Assembly (NCBI GenBank): GCA_964291625.2
Contig: OZ220089.1
Coordinates: forward strand, 2,336,001 to 2,400,000
Source of the DNA: Candidatus Latescibacterota bacterium
GTDB taxonomy: Bacteria; Latescibacterota; UBA2968; UBA8231
Reading direction: 5' to 3'
Length of the DNA stretch: 64,000 bases
A model generated the notes under the pieces. The model was not told where the DNA came from. It searched no databases and saw nothing but the letters and a program-made list of their open reading frames with translations. A program made the position numbers and the translations under genes. This document shows, piece after piece, positions 19,293 through 35,300 of this stretch; position 1 is the first letter of the stretch, and every line of letters begins with the position of its first letter.

Positions 19293-20636
19293 ATGATCGG
19301 CCGGTTCCGGCTCGAAGAGCACGGCACCACCGTGCGGCGCGAGGTCCGCGCCGGGGTGACCACGTTCCTGACGATGTCCTACATCGTCGTCGTGAATCCC
19401 CTCATCCTGTCGCAGGCGGGCATGCCGGCCGACGGGGTCCTGGCGGCGACCTGCCTGGCGGCCGCGCTCGGCAGCGCCCTCATGGGCCTGCTGACCAACT
19501 ACCCCTTCGCCCTGGCCCCGGGCATGGGGCTGAACGCCTTCTTCACCTACACCGTCGTGCTCTCCCTGGGCCTGCCCTGGCAGGGAGCCCTGGCCGCGGT
19601 CTTCGTGTCGGGGGTGATCTTCCTGGGGCTGACGCTGACGCGGCTGCGCGAGGCGGTGGTCAACGCCATCCCCCTGGGCCTGAAGTGCGCCATCAGCGTC
19701 GGGATCGGGTTCTTCATCGCCCTCATCGGGCTGAAGAACGCCGGCCTCGTCGTGTTCCATCCGGGCACCGGCAGTCTCGGCCTGGTGGACGGCCGCTACT
19801 TCGACGACGCCGAGTTGCGCGCCCTGCTCCCGCCGGGCACCTCCATGGCCAGCATCGGCGTGGCCCTCGCGGGGCTGGCGGTCACCGCCGCCCTCGTCGT
19901 GCGCCGCGTCCGGGGAGCGCTGCTGTGGGGCATGGTCGTCACCACCCTCGTCGGCCTGCCCCTGGGGGTGACCGGAAGCGGCACGGGGGGTATCGTCAGC
20001 TGGCCCACGGGGCTGGGCGAGACCTTCCTCGCCCTCGACTTCGCGGCGCTCACGGGCGCCGGCCTGCTGACGGTGATCCTCACCTTCACCTTCGTCGACC
20101 TCTTCGACACCACCGGCACCCTCGTCGGCCTGGCGGGGAAGGCCGGCTACCTCGACGAGCAGGGACGGCTGCCGCGAGCCCGCCGGGCGCTGATGGCAGA
20201 CTCCCTGGCCACCATGGGGGGCGCGCTCTTCGGGACCAACACCACCACCACCTACGTCGAGAGCGCAGCCGGCGTCGCCGACGGGGGCCGCACCGGGCTG
20301 ACGGCGCTGACCACGGCGGCCCTGTTCCTCGTGGCCCTGTTCTTCGCGCCCCTCGTGGGCCACGTGCCGGCGGTGGCCACGGCGCCGGTGCTGGTGATCG
20401 TCGGCGTCTTCATGATGGAGCCGGTGACCCGCATCGACTTCACGGACTACGCCGAGGCCGTGCCCGCCTTCCTGACGATCGCCGCCATGCCCCTGACCTA
20501 CTCGATCTCCGAGGGCATCGCCGCCGGGCTCCTGTCCTACACGCTGCTGGCCGTCGTCCGCGGCCGGGCGGGCCGGCTGGGGCCGGCCCTCTGGGTGCTC
20601 AGCGCCCTCTTCGTCATCCGCTACGTCTTCACCTGA
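19293..20636 (+). CDS. NCS2/AzgA-type purine permease
   Basis: EVRAGVTTFLTMSYIVVVNP, LAPGMGLNAFF, DLFDTTGTL, TYVESAAG. Confidence 0.93.
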   Translation: MIGRFRLEEHGTTVRREVRAGVTTFLTMSYIVVVNPLILSQAGMPADGVLAATCLAAALGSALMGLLTNYPFALAPGMGLNAFFTYTVVLSLGLPWQGALAAVFVSGVIFLGLTLTRLREAVVNAIPLGLKCAISVGIGFFIALIGLKNAGLVVFHPGTGSLGLVDGRYFDDAELRALLPPGTSMASIGVALAGLAVTAALVVRRVRGALLWGMVVTTLVGLPLGVTGSGTGGIVSWPTGLGETFLALDFAALTGAGLLTVILTFTFVDLFDTTGTLVGLAGKAGYLDEQGRLPRARRALMADSLATMGGALFGTNTTTTYVESAAGVADGGRTGLTALTTAALFLVALFFAPLVGHVPAVATAPVLVIVGVFMMEPVTRIDFTDYAEAVPAFLTIAAMPLTYSISEGIAAGLLSYTLLAVVRGRAGRLGPALWVLSALFVIRYVFT

Positions 20637-20664
20637 CGGCGCGGGTGGACGCCGCCGCTCCCTC

Positions 20665-21240
20665 TCATCCCACGTAGATCGCCTCGTCCGGCCAGTCGGC
20701 GGCCAGTCGGGCTCCCTCCATGTTGACCGCGGGCAGGTAGTTGTGCTCGCGGCGGATGAGCCCGAGGACGCGCATGGTCCGCACCTCCTCGATGCAGTCG
20801 TCGCCGTGGTTGTTGCGGATCGACGGGATGATCTGGACCTGGAGGCTGTCGGTCACGTCGGAGTCGGAAGCTCCCTCCACGACCATCACCAGGGCGATGT
20901 GGCCATCGGTCTCGGCCAGGTAGCTGTCGCGGATCAGCTCGGAGAACACGTTGGCCACGTTGGGCTCCTCGCGGATCTCCTGCTCGACCTGGGCCCGGGT
21001 CACACCCAGCCGGAACTTGATGATGACCATGTGCCGGGTGGTACGCCCCGCGCCCGGGGAACCCTCCCGGTCGACGGCCGCGTAGTACTTCAGGACCCCC
21101 CGCTCCTCGAGCCGCTGGCGCTTGCGCCGCACCGAGCGCACCGGAACCCCGGTCTCCCTGGCGATACGGTTTTCCGGGGCCCTGGGACTGCGGATCAGGG
21201 CACGAAGGATGAGCCGCTCCTGCTCGTCGAGATCATGCAT
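20665..21240 (-). CDS. Lrp/AsnC-like transcriptional regulator
   Basis: N-terminal wHTH (LDEQERLILRAL...IARETGVPVRSVRRKRQRLEERGVL); divergent from gltB. Confidence 0.75.
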   Translation of the reverse strand: MHDLDEQERLILRALIRSPRAPENRIARETGVPVRSVRRKRQRLEERGVLKYYAAVDREGSPGAGRTTRHMVIIKFRLGVTRAQVEQEIREEPNVANVFSELIRDSYLAETDGHIALVMVVEGASDSDVTDSLQVQIIPSIRNNHGDDCIEEVRTMRVLGLIRREHNYLPAVNMEGARLAADWPDEAIYVG

Positions 21241-21349
21241 GGCCTTATTTGTACCTTTGAATAGGGGCGAACGACCAATTTAGGCCATATTTCGCCATTG
21301 TGGTAGACCTAACCAACCGATTCCACCCCGAATCCTGGCAAGAAGATCG

Positions 21350-21378
21350 TTGACATCATCCTCCGCCAGGGCTATGTT
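21350..21378 (+). promoter_or_regulatory. Sigma70 promoter for gltBD
   Basis: TTGACA-N17-TATGTT. Confidence 0.6.
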
Positions 21379-21453
21379 ACGCCGTTCACTTCGAGAAACG
21401 AGCCCTCCGCGCCCCTCCTCCCACGCAAGGGCGCCTCCCCAAAGGATCCCCAT

Positions 21454-26055
<4,602 letters not shown>

Positions 26056-26075
26056 CGAGAGGGCGATTCCCGGAC

Positions 26076-27563
26076 ATGGGCAAACCGACCGGATTCATGG
26101 AGTTCGAGCGCGAGCTGCCGGCCGACCGCGACCCCGTCGAGCGCCTGCGGGACTTCGACGAGTTCCACCGGCACCTGAGCGACGAGCGGGTCCGCGACCA
26201 GGGGGCCCGGTGCATGGACTGCGGGATCCCCTTCTGCCACACCGGGACGACCCTGCCCGAGGACTCGCCCTTCGCCTCGGGCTGTCCCATCAACAACCTG
26301 ATCCCCGAGTGGAACGACCTCGTCTACCGCGGCATGTGGCAGGAGGCGCTCGAGCGCCTGCACAAGACCAACAACTTCCCCGAGTTCACCGGGCGAGTCT
26401 GCCCGGCCCCGTGCGAGGGCTCGTGCGTGCTGGGCATCAACGAGCCGGCGGTGACGATCAAGAACATCGAGGTCTCCATCATCGACAAGGCCTGGGGCGA
26501 GGGCTGGGTCGTCCCGGAACCGCCGGAGCGGCGCACGGGCAAGCGGGTGGCCGTCGTCGGCTCCGGTCCCGCGGGCCTCTGCTGCGCCATGCAGCTGAAC
26601 CGCGCCGGCCACCGGGTCACCGTGTACGAGCGTTCCGACCGGGCCGGCGGGCTGCTGATGTACGGCATCCCCAACATGAAGCTGGACAAGCGCCTCGTGC
26701 AGCGGCGGATCGACCAGATGGCGGCCGAGGGCGTCACCTTCGTGACCAGCACCGAGGTCGGCGTCGACATCGAGGCGCAGCAACTCGTTGAGGACTTCGA
26801 CGCCGTGGTGCTGTGCACCGGGGCCCTGAAGCCGCGCGACCTCGACGTGCCGGGCCGCCAGCTCGAGGGCGTCCACCAGGCCCTGGACTTCCTCCACGTC
26901 AACACCAAGTCGCTGCTCGACTCGGGGCTCGCCGACGGCGAGTACATCTCGGCGAAGGACAGGAACGTCATCGTCCTGGGGGGCGGGGACACCGGCACCG
27001 ACTGCGTCGGCACCTCCCTGCGCCACGGCTGCAGGAGCCTCTTCCAGTTCGACATCATCCCGGCGCCGCCGGACGAGCGCACCGCCGGCAACCCCTGGCC
27101 GGAGTGGCCGAAGGTCTACAACCTCGACTACGGCCAGGAAGAGGCCGCCGCCCTCTTCGGCGACGACCCCCGCAAGTACCTGCTGAGCACCGTGGAGCTC
27201 CTCGACGACGGCGGCGGCCGCCTCCGCGGCCTGGTGACCCGCGACGTGGAGTGGGTGCCCGATGGCGGCCGCCCCTTCCGCGAGGTGCCCGGCACCGAGA
27301 AGGAGTGGCCGGCGGAGTTGGTGCTGCTCTCCATGGGCTGGCTGGGCCCGCAGGACACCCTGCCCGACGCCCTGGCCCTGGAGCGGGACCCGCGCTCGAA
27401 CGTCAAGGCCGAGGAGGGCCGGTACGCCACCAGCGTCCCCGGCGTCTTCGCCGCCGGCGACGTGCGCCGCGGCATGAGCCTGGTGGTCTGGGCCTTCAAG
27501 GAGGGCCGGGAGGCCGCCCGCGAGTGCGACCGCTACCTGATGGGCACCACCAGCCTGCCCTGA
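26076..27563 (+). CDS. gltD: Glutamate synthase small subunit
   Basis: [49 protein letters not shown]. Confidence 0.98.
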   Translation: MGKPTGFMEFERELPADRDPVERLRDFDEFHRHLSDERVRDQGARCMDCGIPFCHTGTTLPEDSPFASGCPINNLIPEWNDLVYRGMWQEALERLHKTNNFPEFTGRVCPAPCEGSCVLGINEPAVTIKNIEVSIIDKAWGEGWVVPEPPERRTGKRVAVVGSGPAGLCCAMQLNRAGHRVTVYERSDRAGGLLMYGIPNMKLDKRLVQRRIDQMAAEGVTFVTSTEVGVDIEAQQLVEDFDAVVLCTGALKPRDLDVPGRQLEGVHQALDFLHVNTKSLLDSGLADGEYISAKDRNVIVLGGGDTGTDCVGTSLRHGCRSLFQFDIIPAPPDERTAGNPWPEWPKVYNLDYGQEEAAALFGDDPRKYLLSTVELLDDGGGRLRGLVTRDVEWVPDGGRPFREVPGTEKEWPAELVLLSMGWLGPQDTLPDALALERDPRSNVKAEEGRYATSVPGVFAAGDVRRGMSLVVWAFKEGREAARECDRYLMGTTSLP

Positions 27564-27611
27564 GGGCCGGCGGGCCCGACAGCCTTCTAACCCCCCAGAA
27601 GAAGGGTACAG

Positions 27612-28532
27612 TTGAAACGCCTCGGAAAGCTGGCACGGGTGGACCTTCGGGAAGTCTGGCCGAACGAAGCCGGTGACTTCACGCCATGGCTAGCAAGGGA
27701 GGAGAACCTCGAGTCCCTCGGTGATGCCCTTGGGATGGAGATAGAACTCGAGGCCACCGAAAAGAAGGCTGGTCCCTACTCCACAGATATCCTCTGCAAG
27801 AGCGAGGATGGGAACATCGTCATTGAGAACCAGCTTGAAACGACAAATCACGATCACTTGGGCAAACTCCTGACCTACGCTGCGCATTTCAACGCCCATA
27901 CCTTAGTGTGGGTCGCCAAGGAATTCACTGATCAGCACCGAGCGGCCATCGACTGGCTCAACGAGAACTCGACCCAGGGCACCCGATACTTCGGTCTCGA
28001 GATCGAAGTCTGGCGCATCGGGGAGTCAGAGCCCGCGCCCAAGTTCAACATTGTCGCTCGACCGAACGATTGGACCAGAGCCAGGAAGGCTCTAACCAAG
28101 GACCAGCAGCTTCGAGTAGAATTCTGGACCGGCTTCCGTGCCCACCTTGCTGCCAACGCAACGCGAGTAGAATCGACTTCCGATGCAAAGGGAGGCGGCC
28201 CTGTCCCGTGGATGAGACCCTGTCATGTGGCAGTTCCCGGCTTCAACCTCGTCGCGGCGACCTTTGTCAAGAAGAAAGAGATAAGGGCTACCCTGAGAAT
28301 CAGAAAGGGAGCCAAGACGGACGGTTACTTCTCGCAGCTTGAAGCCCAACGGGACCGCATCGAGCAGGAGATAGGCCGGGAACTGATTTGGGAGAAACCC
28401 ACCATCTATCTTCGACAGGACGGTGACCTTTACGATGAGGACGCTTGGTCCCAGCAGTATGCGTGGCTTCTCGATGGACTGGAAGACCTTCACCGGGGCT
28501 TTGAGAGCCCGGTTCGCGATCTTCCCACCTAG
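27612..28532 (+). CDS. DUF4268-like protein with N-terminal PD-(D/E)XK-type nuclease domain
   Basis: LREVWPNEAGDFTPWL, D-I-L...IENQL, HDHLGKLLTY; lower-GC codon usage. Confidence 0.8.
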   Translation: MKRLGKLARVDLREVWPNEAGDFTPWLAREENLESLGDALGMEIELEATEKKAGPYSTDILCKSEDGNIVIENQLETTNHDHLGKLLTYAAHFNAHTLVWVAKEFTDQHRAAIDWLNENSTQGTRYFGLEIEVWRIGESEPAPKFNIVARPNDWTRARKALTKDQQLRVEFWTGFRAHLAANATRVESTSDAKGGGPVPWMRPCHVAVPGFNLVAATFVKKKEIRATLRIRKGAKTDGYFSQLEAQRDRIEQEIGRELIWEKPTIYLRQDGDLYDEDAWSQQYAWLLDGLEDLHRGFESPVRDLPT

Positions 28533-28607
28533 CCGACAAACACATTGCAGCTAGGCCTCCTCACAGGGGCGCGCCTCTCGACAACCTACCCTTACTCCGC
28601 GCAAGAC

Positions 28608-29054
<447 letters not shown>

Positions 29055-29075
29055 GCCCGCCCTCCTCCCGAACCC

Positions 29076-29146
29076 CTGAACACGTTTAACACGCTGCTCC
29101 CGATCCCCTGTTGACACTGTGGGGACCTCCGGTTAACGTCGTTCAC
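29076..29146 (+). promoter_or_regulatory. Leaderless promoter with two candidate TetR operators
   Basis: TTGACA(29111)-N17-TAACGT ending 9 nt before the ATG; imperfect palindrome GTTAACgtcGTTCAC (29132-29146) over the -10; related inverted site CTGAACacgTTTAAC (29076-29090). Confidence 0.65.
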
Positions 29147-29148
29147 TC

Positions 29149-31221
29149 ATGGACCGGAGCGACATCCTCACGAGGGCCTGCGAGCTCTACCTGGAGGACG
29201 GCGTCGAAGCCGTCTCCATGCGCCGGTTGGCCCGCGATCTCGGGGTGACGGCCCCGGCCCTCTACCGCCACTACGCCAGCCGCGAGGAGATGCTCCTCGA
29301 CGTCGTCGCCGAAGCCTACCGGCGGCTGAGCGAGCGCCTCTACGGCGCCCTCTCGGGCCGCACCCCCGCCCAGCGGTTGTTCCTGGCGGGGCAGGCCTAC
29401 CTCGACTTCGCCCTCGATCAGCCGAAGTACTACGAGATGCTCTACACGCCAGCCCACACCCTCGGCGCCGAGGCCTTCCCGGAGCAGGTGACGGAGCAGG
29501 TCGCCAGCGTCGGCCGGTTCTTCAACGACCGCGTGCGCGAGTGCATCGACGCCGGCCTCTTCCAGCCCATCGATCCCGCCGACGTCTCCGGCACCCTGTG
29601 GGCCCACGCCCACGGCCTGATCTCCATCTACCTGCGCGGCTGCCTCGACATGGACGCCGAGGAGTTCCGCCGCCACTACCGGGCCTCGAGCCGGCGGGCG
29701 ATCACCGGCATGGCCACCCCCGCCTACGAGGTGGAGATGGACCGCGCCGTCGAGAGTCTGTCGCAGTCGACGGCCGCCCCCGCCTCCGGCGGCAGGGGCC
29801 GCCTGCGCGCCCGGGTCTCGTCCGCCCTGACCTGGCTCCTGGTGGGCTGGGGGGCGCCCGTTGCCGCGGAGGGCGCCTCCCCCGGCGGCGAGCTGCTGCT
29901 GGGCATCGACGAGGCCGTCGAGCTGGCCCTGGAGCGCAGCCGCGAGCTGGAGGAAGCCCGCCTGCTCCTGACCGAGGCCGAGGAGCAGAGCGCCGAGGCC
30001 TGGGGGGACGTCTGGCCGCGCGTCGACTTCTCGGCCAGCTACGTGCGCAACATCTCGCCGCCGGTCTCCTTCGTGCCGGCGAGGATCTTCAACCCCGGAG
30101 CCCCCCCCGGGGAGTTCATCTCCCTGGAGTTCGGCGCCGACAACAGCTGGCAGAGCGCCGTCACCCTGCGCCAGCCTCTCTTCGACCCGAGGGCCCTCGT
30201 CGGCCTCGGCGCCGCCGGTGAGTTCCTGCGGCTGCGCGCGGAGATGGTCCGCGGCCAGTCGCAGCAGGTGGCGACCCGGGTGCGCCTGCTCTGCTACGAC
30301 CTGCTGCTGCGGGGCGAGGAGGTGCGCCTCACCGAGCGGTCCCTCGACCGCCTGCGGCTGGCCCTGGAGGAGACGCGCGGCCGGGCCCGGGCGGGCCTGG
30401 CCTCCGACTACGACGTGCTGCGCCTCGAGGTCGAGCTGGCCAACCTCGAGCCGAGACTGCTCGAGGCCCGCAACGCCCGGGCCTCGGCGCGCCGCCGGCT
30501 GGGCCTGGAGCTGGCCCTCGACGAACCCGGCCGCCTGCGGTTGTCCGAGGCCACAACCCTCACGGCCGCGGAGTCGGCACCGGATCTGCCGGACGGGGAC
30601 CTCCTGCTGACGGCGCTGGCTCACCGCTCCGACGTGCGCCAGCTCGAGCAGACCGCCGAGCTGGGCCGGCGGCAGGTTCGGCTCGAGCAGGTGGAGTACC
30701 TGCCCAAGATCTCCCTCTTCGCCACCTGGGACGTGCAGGCGCAGCAGGACGGCCGACCGGACTTCTTCGGCAGCGCCCGCACCCGCGCCACCAGCAAGAT
30801 GGCCGGCCTCTCCGTGGAGCTGCCCCTGTTCAGCGGCCTGCAGCGGGACGCCCGCATCGACCAGAGGCAGGCCGCCCTGCGGCAGGTGCAGGTCCGGGCC
30901 CGGATGGCCCGCGACCAGGCGGCGGTCCAGATCCGGGATCTGGAGGAGGCCCTGGCCGAGGCCGACCGGCGCGAGGAAGGCCAGCGCCTCGCCGTGGCCC
31001 AGGCCCGGCGGGGGTGGGAGATCGCCAGCGCCCGCTTCCGCGAGGGAGTGGGAAGCCGGCTCGAGGTGACCGACGCCGAGGTCGCCCTGCGGCAGAGCGA
31101 ATTCAACATGGCCCGGGCGGCCCACGACCGGCTCGCCCGTCGGGCCCAGCTGGGCCTCGCCATCGGACGGGTGCCCCCCGTCGACGGCGAGGCCGCCATC
31201 GACCCGGAGGAGACGGAGTGA
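29149..31221 (+). CDS. In-frame fusion of a TetR regulator and a TolC-family outer membrane efflux protein
   Basis: HTH VSMRRLARDLGVTAPALYRHY and W-x-x-x-HG C-domain in the first ~195 aa; signal-like segment; OEP repeats (WPRVDF, YLPKISL, ELPLFSG, RFREG). Confidence 0.85.
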   Translation: MDRSDILTRACELYLEDGVEAVSMRRLARDLGVTAPALYRHYASREEMLLDVVAEAYRRLSERLYGALSGRTPAQRLFLAGQAYLDFALDQPKYYEMLYTPAHTLGAEAFPEQVTEQVASVGRFFNDRVRECIDAGLFQPIDPADVSGTLWAHAHGLISIYLRGCLDMDAEEFRRHYRASSRRAITGMATPAYEVEMDRAVESLSQSTAAPASGGRGRLRARVSSALTWLLVGWGAPVAAEGASPGGELLLGIDEAVELALERSRELEEARLLLTEAEEQSAEAWGDVWPRVDFSASYVRNISPPVSFVPARIFNPGAPPGEFISLEFGADNSWQSAVTLRQPLFDPRALVGLGAAGEFLRLRAEMVRGQSQQVATRVRLLCYDLLLRGEEVRLTERSLDRLRLALEETRGRARAGLASDYDVLRLEVELANLEPRLLEARNARASARRRLGLELALDEPGRLRLSEATTLTAAESAPDLPDGDLLLTALAHRSDVRQLEQTAELGRRQVRLEQVEYLPKISLFATWDVQAQQDGRPDFFGSARTRATSKMAGLSVELPLFSGLQRDARIDQRQAALRQVQVRARMARDQAAVQIRDLEEALAEADRREEGQRLAVAQARRGWEIASARFREGVGSRLEVTDAEVALRQSEFNMARAAHDRLARRAQLGLAIGRVPPVDGEAAIDPEETE

Positions 31222-32309
31222 GAGATCCCCTGCCCTGGGGGCGCCGAGTCCGCGGCGCCCTGTTGCCGGCCGCCGCCGCGGCCCTGCTCGCCCTCGGCGG
31301 CTGCGGAGAGGCGCCGGCCGCGGACGAGTCCGCCGCCATGGAGGACACCGACACCCGCCGCGTCATCAACGTCGAGGTCGAGACCCTGGCGCCGCGCCCC
31401 TTCACCGACATGATCCGCCTCACCGGCACGGTCAACGCCGACCGGGAGGTGACCGTGGCCGCCGAGGAGGGCGGGACCGTGGCCGCGATCCTGGCCGACA
31501 AGGGCGACGGGGTGCGCCGCGGGCAGGCCCTGGTCCGTCTCGACGACGAGCTGCTGCGCGCCCAGCGCGGCGAGGCCCAGGCCCAGGCGGCCCTGGCGGC
31601 CGACCGCTGGGCGCGCAAGAAGCAGCTCTACGAGGAGGAGGACATCGGCACCGAAGGGGAGTACGTCGAGGCCCGTCTCGCCGCCGAGCAGACCCGGGCC
31701 CGGCTGGAGCTGATCGAAGCGCGGCTCCGGCGCACCGTGGTGCGGGCGCCCTTCGACGGGCTCCTCGACCAGCGCCTCGTGGAGGTCGGCTCCGTCATCG
31801 CCCCTGGCCAGGCGGTGGCCCACATCCTCGACCTGGAGCCGCTCAAGGTGACCGCCGGCGTTCCCGAACGCTACGCGGCGGAGGTGAGCGCCGGCGACCC
31901 GGCGACGGTCGCCTTCGCCGATCTCGCGGACACCTGCGCGGCCGCGGTGACCTACGTGGGGGCCGCCATCGACGGCCGCCACCGCACCTTCCCCGTCGAG
32001 CTCGACCTCGAGCGTCCCGTGGCCGGGGCCAAGCCGGCCATGGTCGCCGAGGTGATGCTCGTCCTCGAGGTCCATCCCGGCGCCATCGTGGTGCCGAACC
32101 AGGCCCTTGTCCGCACCGAGGAGGGATTCTCCGCCTTCGTCGCGGCCGAGGGCGTGGAGGGCCCCGTCGCCCGGGCGCGTCCCGTCACCCTCGGCGCCTC
32201 CGGCGGCGACGAGGTGGTGGCCACCTCCGGCCTGTCCCCGGCGGACCGCCTGATCGTCGTCGGCCAGCAGCAGGTGGCCGACGGCGACCGCCTGCGCATC
32301 GTGCCATGA
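31218..32309 (+). CDS. RND periplasmic adaptor (MFP) lipoprotein
   Basis: Lipobox LGGC; GDGVRRGQALVRLD, VRAPFDG, VPNQAL; GTGA overlap with the upstream gene. Confidence 0.93.
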   Translation: MRDPLPWGRRVRGALLPAAAAALLALGGCGEAPAADESAAMEDTDTRRVINVEVETLAPRPFTDMIRLTGTVNADREVTVAAEEGGTVAAILADKGDGVRRGQALVRLDDELLRAQRGEAQAQAALAADRWARKKQLYEEEDIGTEGEYVEARLAAEQTRARLELIEARLRRTVVRAPFDGLLDQRLVEVGSVIAPGQAVAHILDLEPLKVTAGVPERYAAEVSAGDPATVAFADLADTCAAAVTYVGAAIDGRHRTFPVELDLERPVAGAKPAMVAEVMLVLEVHPGAIVVPNQALVRTEEGFSAFVAAEGVEGPVARARPVTLGASGGDEVVATSGLSPADRLIVVGQQQVADGDRLRIVP

Positions 32310-35300
32310 CCGACCGTCCCGGCGTCGACGCCTTCGACGAGCTGCCCCTCACCTCCTGGGCCGTGCGCCACGGCACCAGCGTGCTCGTGCTCTTCGCCAT
32401 CATCGCCCTGGCCGGCGTCGCGGCCTACCGCACCGTCCCCAAGGAGGCCTTCCCCCAGATCGAGATCCCCGTCATCGCGGTGAACACCATTTACCCGGGG
32501 GTGTCGCCGAAGGACATGGAGTCCCTGGTGACGCGCGAGCTGGAGCAGGAGCTCAAGACGATCCCGGACCTGAAGGAGCTGACCTCGACCTCCGTCGAGG
32601 GCTACTCCAGCATCGTCGCCGAGTTCAGCACCGATGTCGACCTCCACGAGGCCATGCGACTCGTGCGCGAGAAGGTCGACCTGGCCAAGGGCGAGCTCCC
32701 CGCCGACGCCGAGGAGCCCCGGATCTACGAGTTCGACTTCGAGGACGTGCCGATCCTGCAGGTGAACCTCTCCGGCGACTACGGGCTGGTCCGCCTCAAG
32801 CAGCTGGGCGAGGAGCTGCAGGACCGCCTGGAGCAGATCCCCTCGGTGCTGCGCGTCGACCTTCGCGGGGGGCGCGAGCGCGAGGTGCAGGTCGACGTCT
32901 CCCTGCCGCGCCTGCTCTACTACGGTCTGACCCTGAAGGACGTGGTCGAGACGGTGCGCGACGAGAACGTCAACATCCCCGGCGGCTCCATCGACGTGGG
33001 GGAGCTGAAGTTCCTGGTTCGCGTCGACGGCGAGATCGACGACCCCCGGTCGATCGGCGACCTCGTGGTCGCCGCCCCGGAAGGCCGGCCGGTCTACGTG
33101 CGCGACCTGGCCGACGTCGACTTCGGATTTGCCGAGCGCCGCAGCTACGCCCGCCTCGACGGCCGGCCGGTGGTGACCCTCGACGTGATCAAGCGGACGG
33201 GGGAGAACATCATCGAGACGGCCGACGCCGTGCGCGCCGTCATCGCCGGCATGGAGCTGGAGCTGCCGCCGACGACGGTGGTCAAGACGACCTCCGACAT
33301 GTCCCGCGACATCCGCATGATGGTCAGCAGCCTCGAGAACAACATCCTCTCCGGCCTGCTGCTGATCGTGGGGGTGCTCCTGTTCTTCCTCGGCGTGCGC
33401 ACCTCGGTCTTCGTGGGCGTCGCCATCCCCACGTCGATGCTGCTCTCCTTCCTCGTTCTCGGGCTGCTCGGCGTGACCATGAACATGGTGGTCCTGTTCT
33501 CCCTGATCCTGGCCCTCGGCATGCTGGTGGACAACGCCATCGTCATCGTCGAGAACACCTACCGCTACGTCGAGGAGGGCTGGGACCGGGCCGAGGCGGC
33601 TCGCAAGGCCACGGGCGAGGTGGCCCTGCCCGTCATCGCCTCGACGCTGACGACCCTGGCCGCCTTCAGTCCGCTCCTGTTCTGGTCGGGCACCGTGGGG
33701 GAGTTCATGAGGTACCTCCCCATGACCCTGATCGTCACCCTCGCCAGCTCCCTCTTCGTGGCCCTCGTCATCGTCCCGGTCCTGTGCAGCCGCTGGCTGC
33801 GGCTGGAGGGAGAGCGTCCCCCCGGGCTGCCGCGCACGGGGCGCCTGGCGCTGATCGGGCTGGCCCTTCTGGCCGCCGCGGGTCTGGCCGCGGTCAACGC
33901 CCTGACCGCGGCCCTGCTGGCCGCCACCGCCGCCGCGGCCATCCTCGCTCATCGACTGGTCCTCGGCCCCCTGGCGCACCGCTTCCAGGGGGCGGACCTG
34001 CCGTGGCTGATCGACCGCTACGAGGGGGCCCTGAGCTGGGCCCTCGGCCACCGCCTCGTCGTGGTCGCAGGGTCCGTGGCGGTGCTCGTGGTCATGGTCG
34101 CCGCCTTCGGCCGCTTCAACAGCGGCATCGTGTTCTTCCCGGAGGACATCCCGCCGAGGCAGGTCTGGGTCGACGCCCAGGCGCCGGTGGGCACCCGCGT
34201 CGAGTACCTCGACGGCATCGCCCGCGACCTGGAGCTGCAGGTGCGCGATGTCGAGGGCTTCGAGGACGCCGAGTCCGCGGTGACCACCGTGGGCGCCGGC
34301 GGCAGCCCCCTCATCGGCGGCACCAGCGGGGCCAACGACGCGCGCGTCATGGTGAACTTCACCGAGTACCACGAGCGGCGGTTCGACAGCTTCGAGACCC
34401 TGGCGCGCATGCAGGAGCGGGTGGGCCGCGAGATCGCCGGCGCCGAGATCTCGGTGGACAAGCCGGTCGACGGCCCGCCCCAGGGGGCGCCGGTGAACAT
34501 CGAGATCGTCGGCAAGGACCCCCGGGTGCTCAAGGACCTCTCCGACCGCGTGCTGCAGATCCTCAGAAGCTCCCCCGTGGCGCCGAAGCTCAGCGGCCTG
34601 GAGAGCGACCTCGACGAGGCCCGTCCGGAGCTGGCCGTGCACGTGGACCGGGAGAGGGCGGCCATGTACGGACTGTCCACGGCGAAGGTGGCCGGCGTCG
34701 TGCGCACCGCCGTGCAGGGCATGGAGGCGAGCCGCTACCGCACCGGCAACGACGAGTACGACGTGGTCGTGCGCCTCGCGGAGCCTTGGCGGAAGGACCT
34801 CGAGTCGCTGCGCGACCTGGTCGTTCAGAACGGTCCGGGCGAGCCGATCCCCCTGGTCTCGGTCGCCCACTGGACGGTGGGAGAGGGCCTCGGATCGATC
34901 CGCCGCAAGGACATGGACCGCATGGCCACGATCAGCTCGGACGTGCGCGCCGGCCTCAACAAGAACGCCGTCTTCTTCGAGGTGCAGGAAACCCTCGCCC
35001 CCTTCGTCGCGAGCGAGCTGCCGCCGGGCTACACGGTCCGCTACACCGGCCAGCAGGAGGAACAAGGCGAGGCCATGGAGTTCCTGGCCACCGCCTTCCT
35101 GGCCGCCCTGGGCCTGATCGCCTTCATCCTCGTGACCCAGTTCAACTCGGTGATCAAGCCCGTCATCATCCTCACGTCGGTGATCATGTCCACCGCCGGC
35201 GTCCTCCTGGGTCTCATGGTCTTCCGCATGCCCTTCGGCATCATCATGACCGGCGTCGGCGTCATCTCCCTGGCGGGCATCGTCGTCAACAACGCCATCG

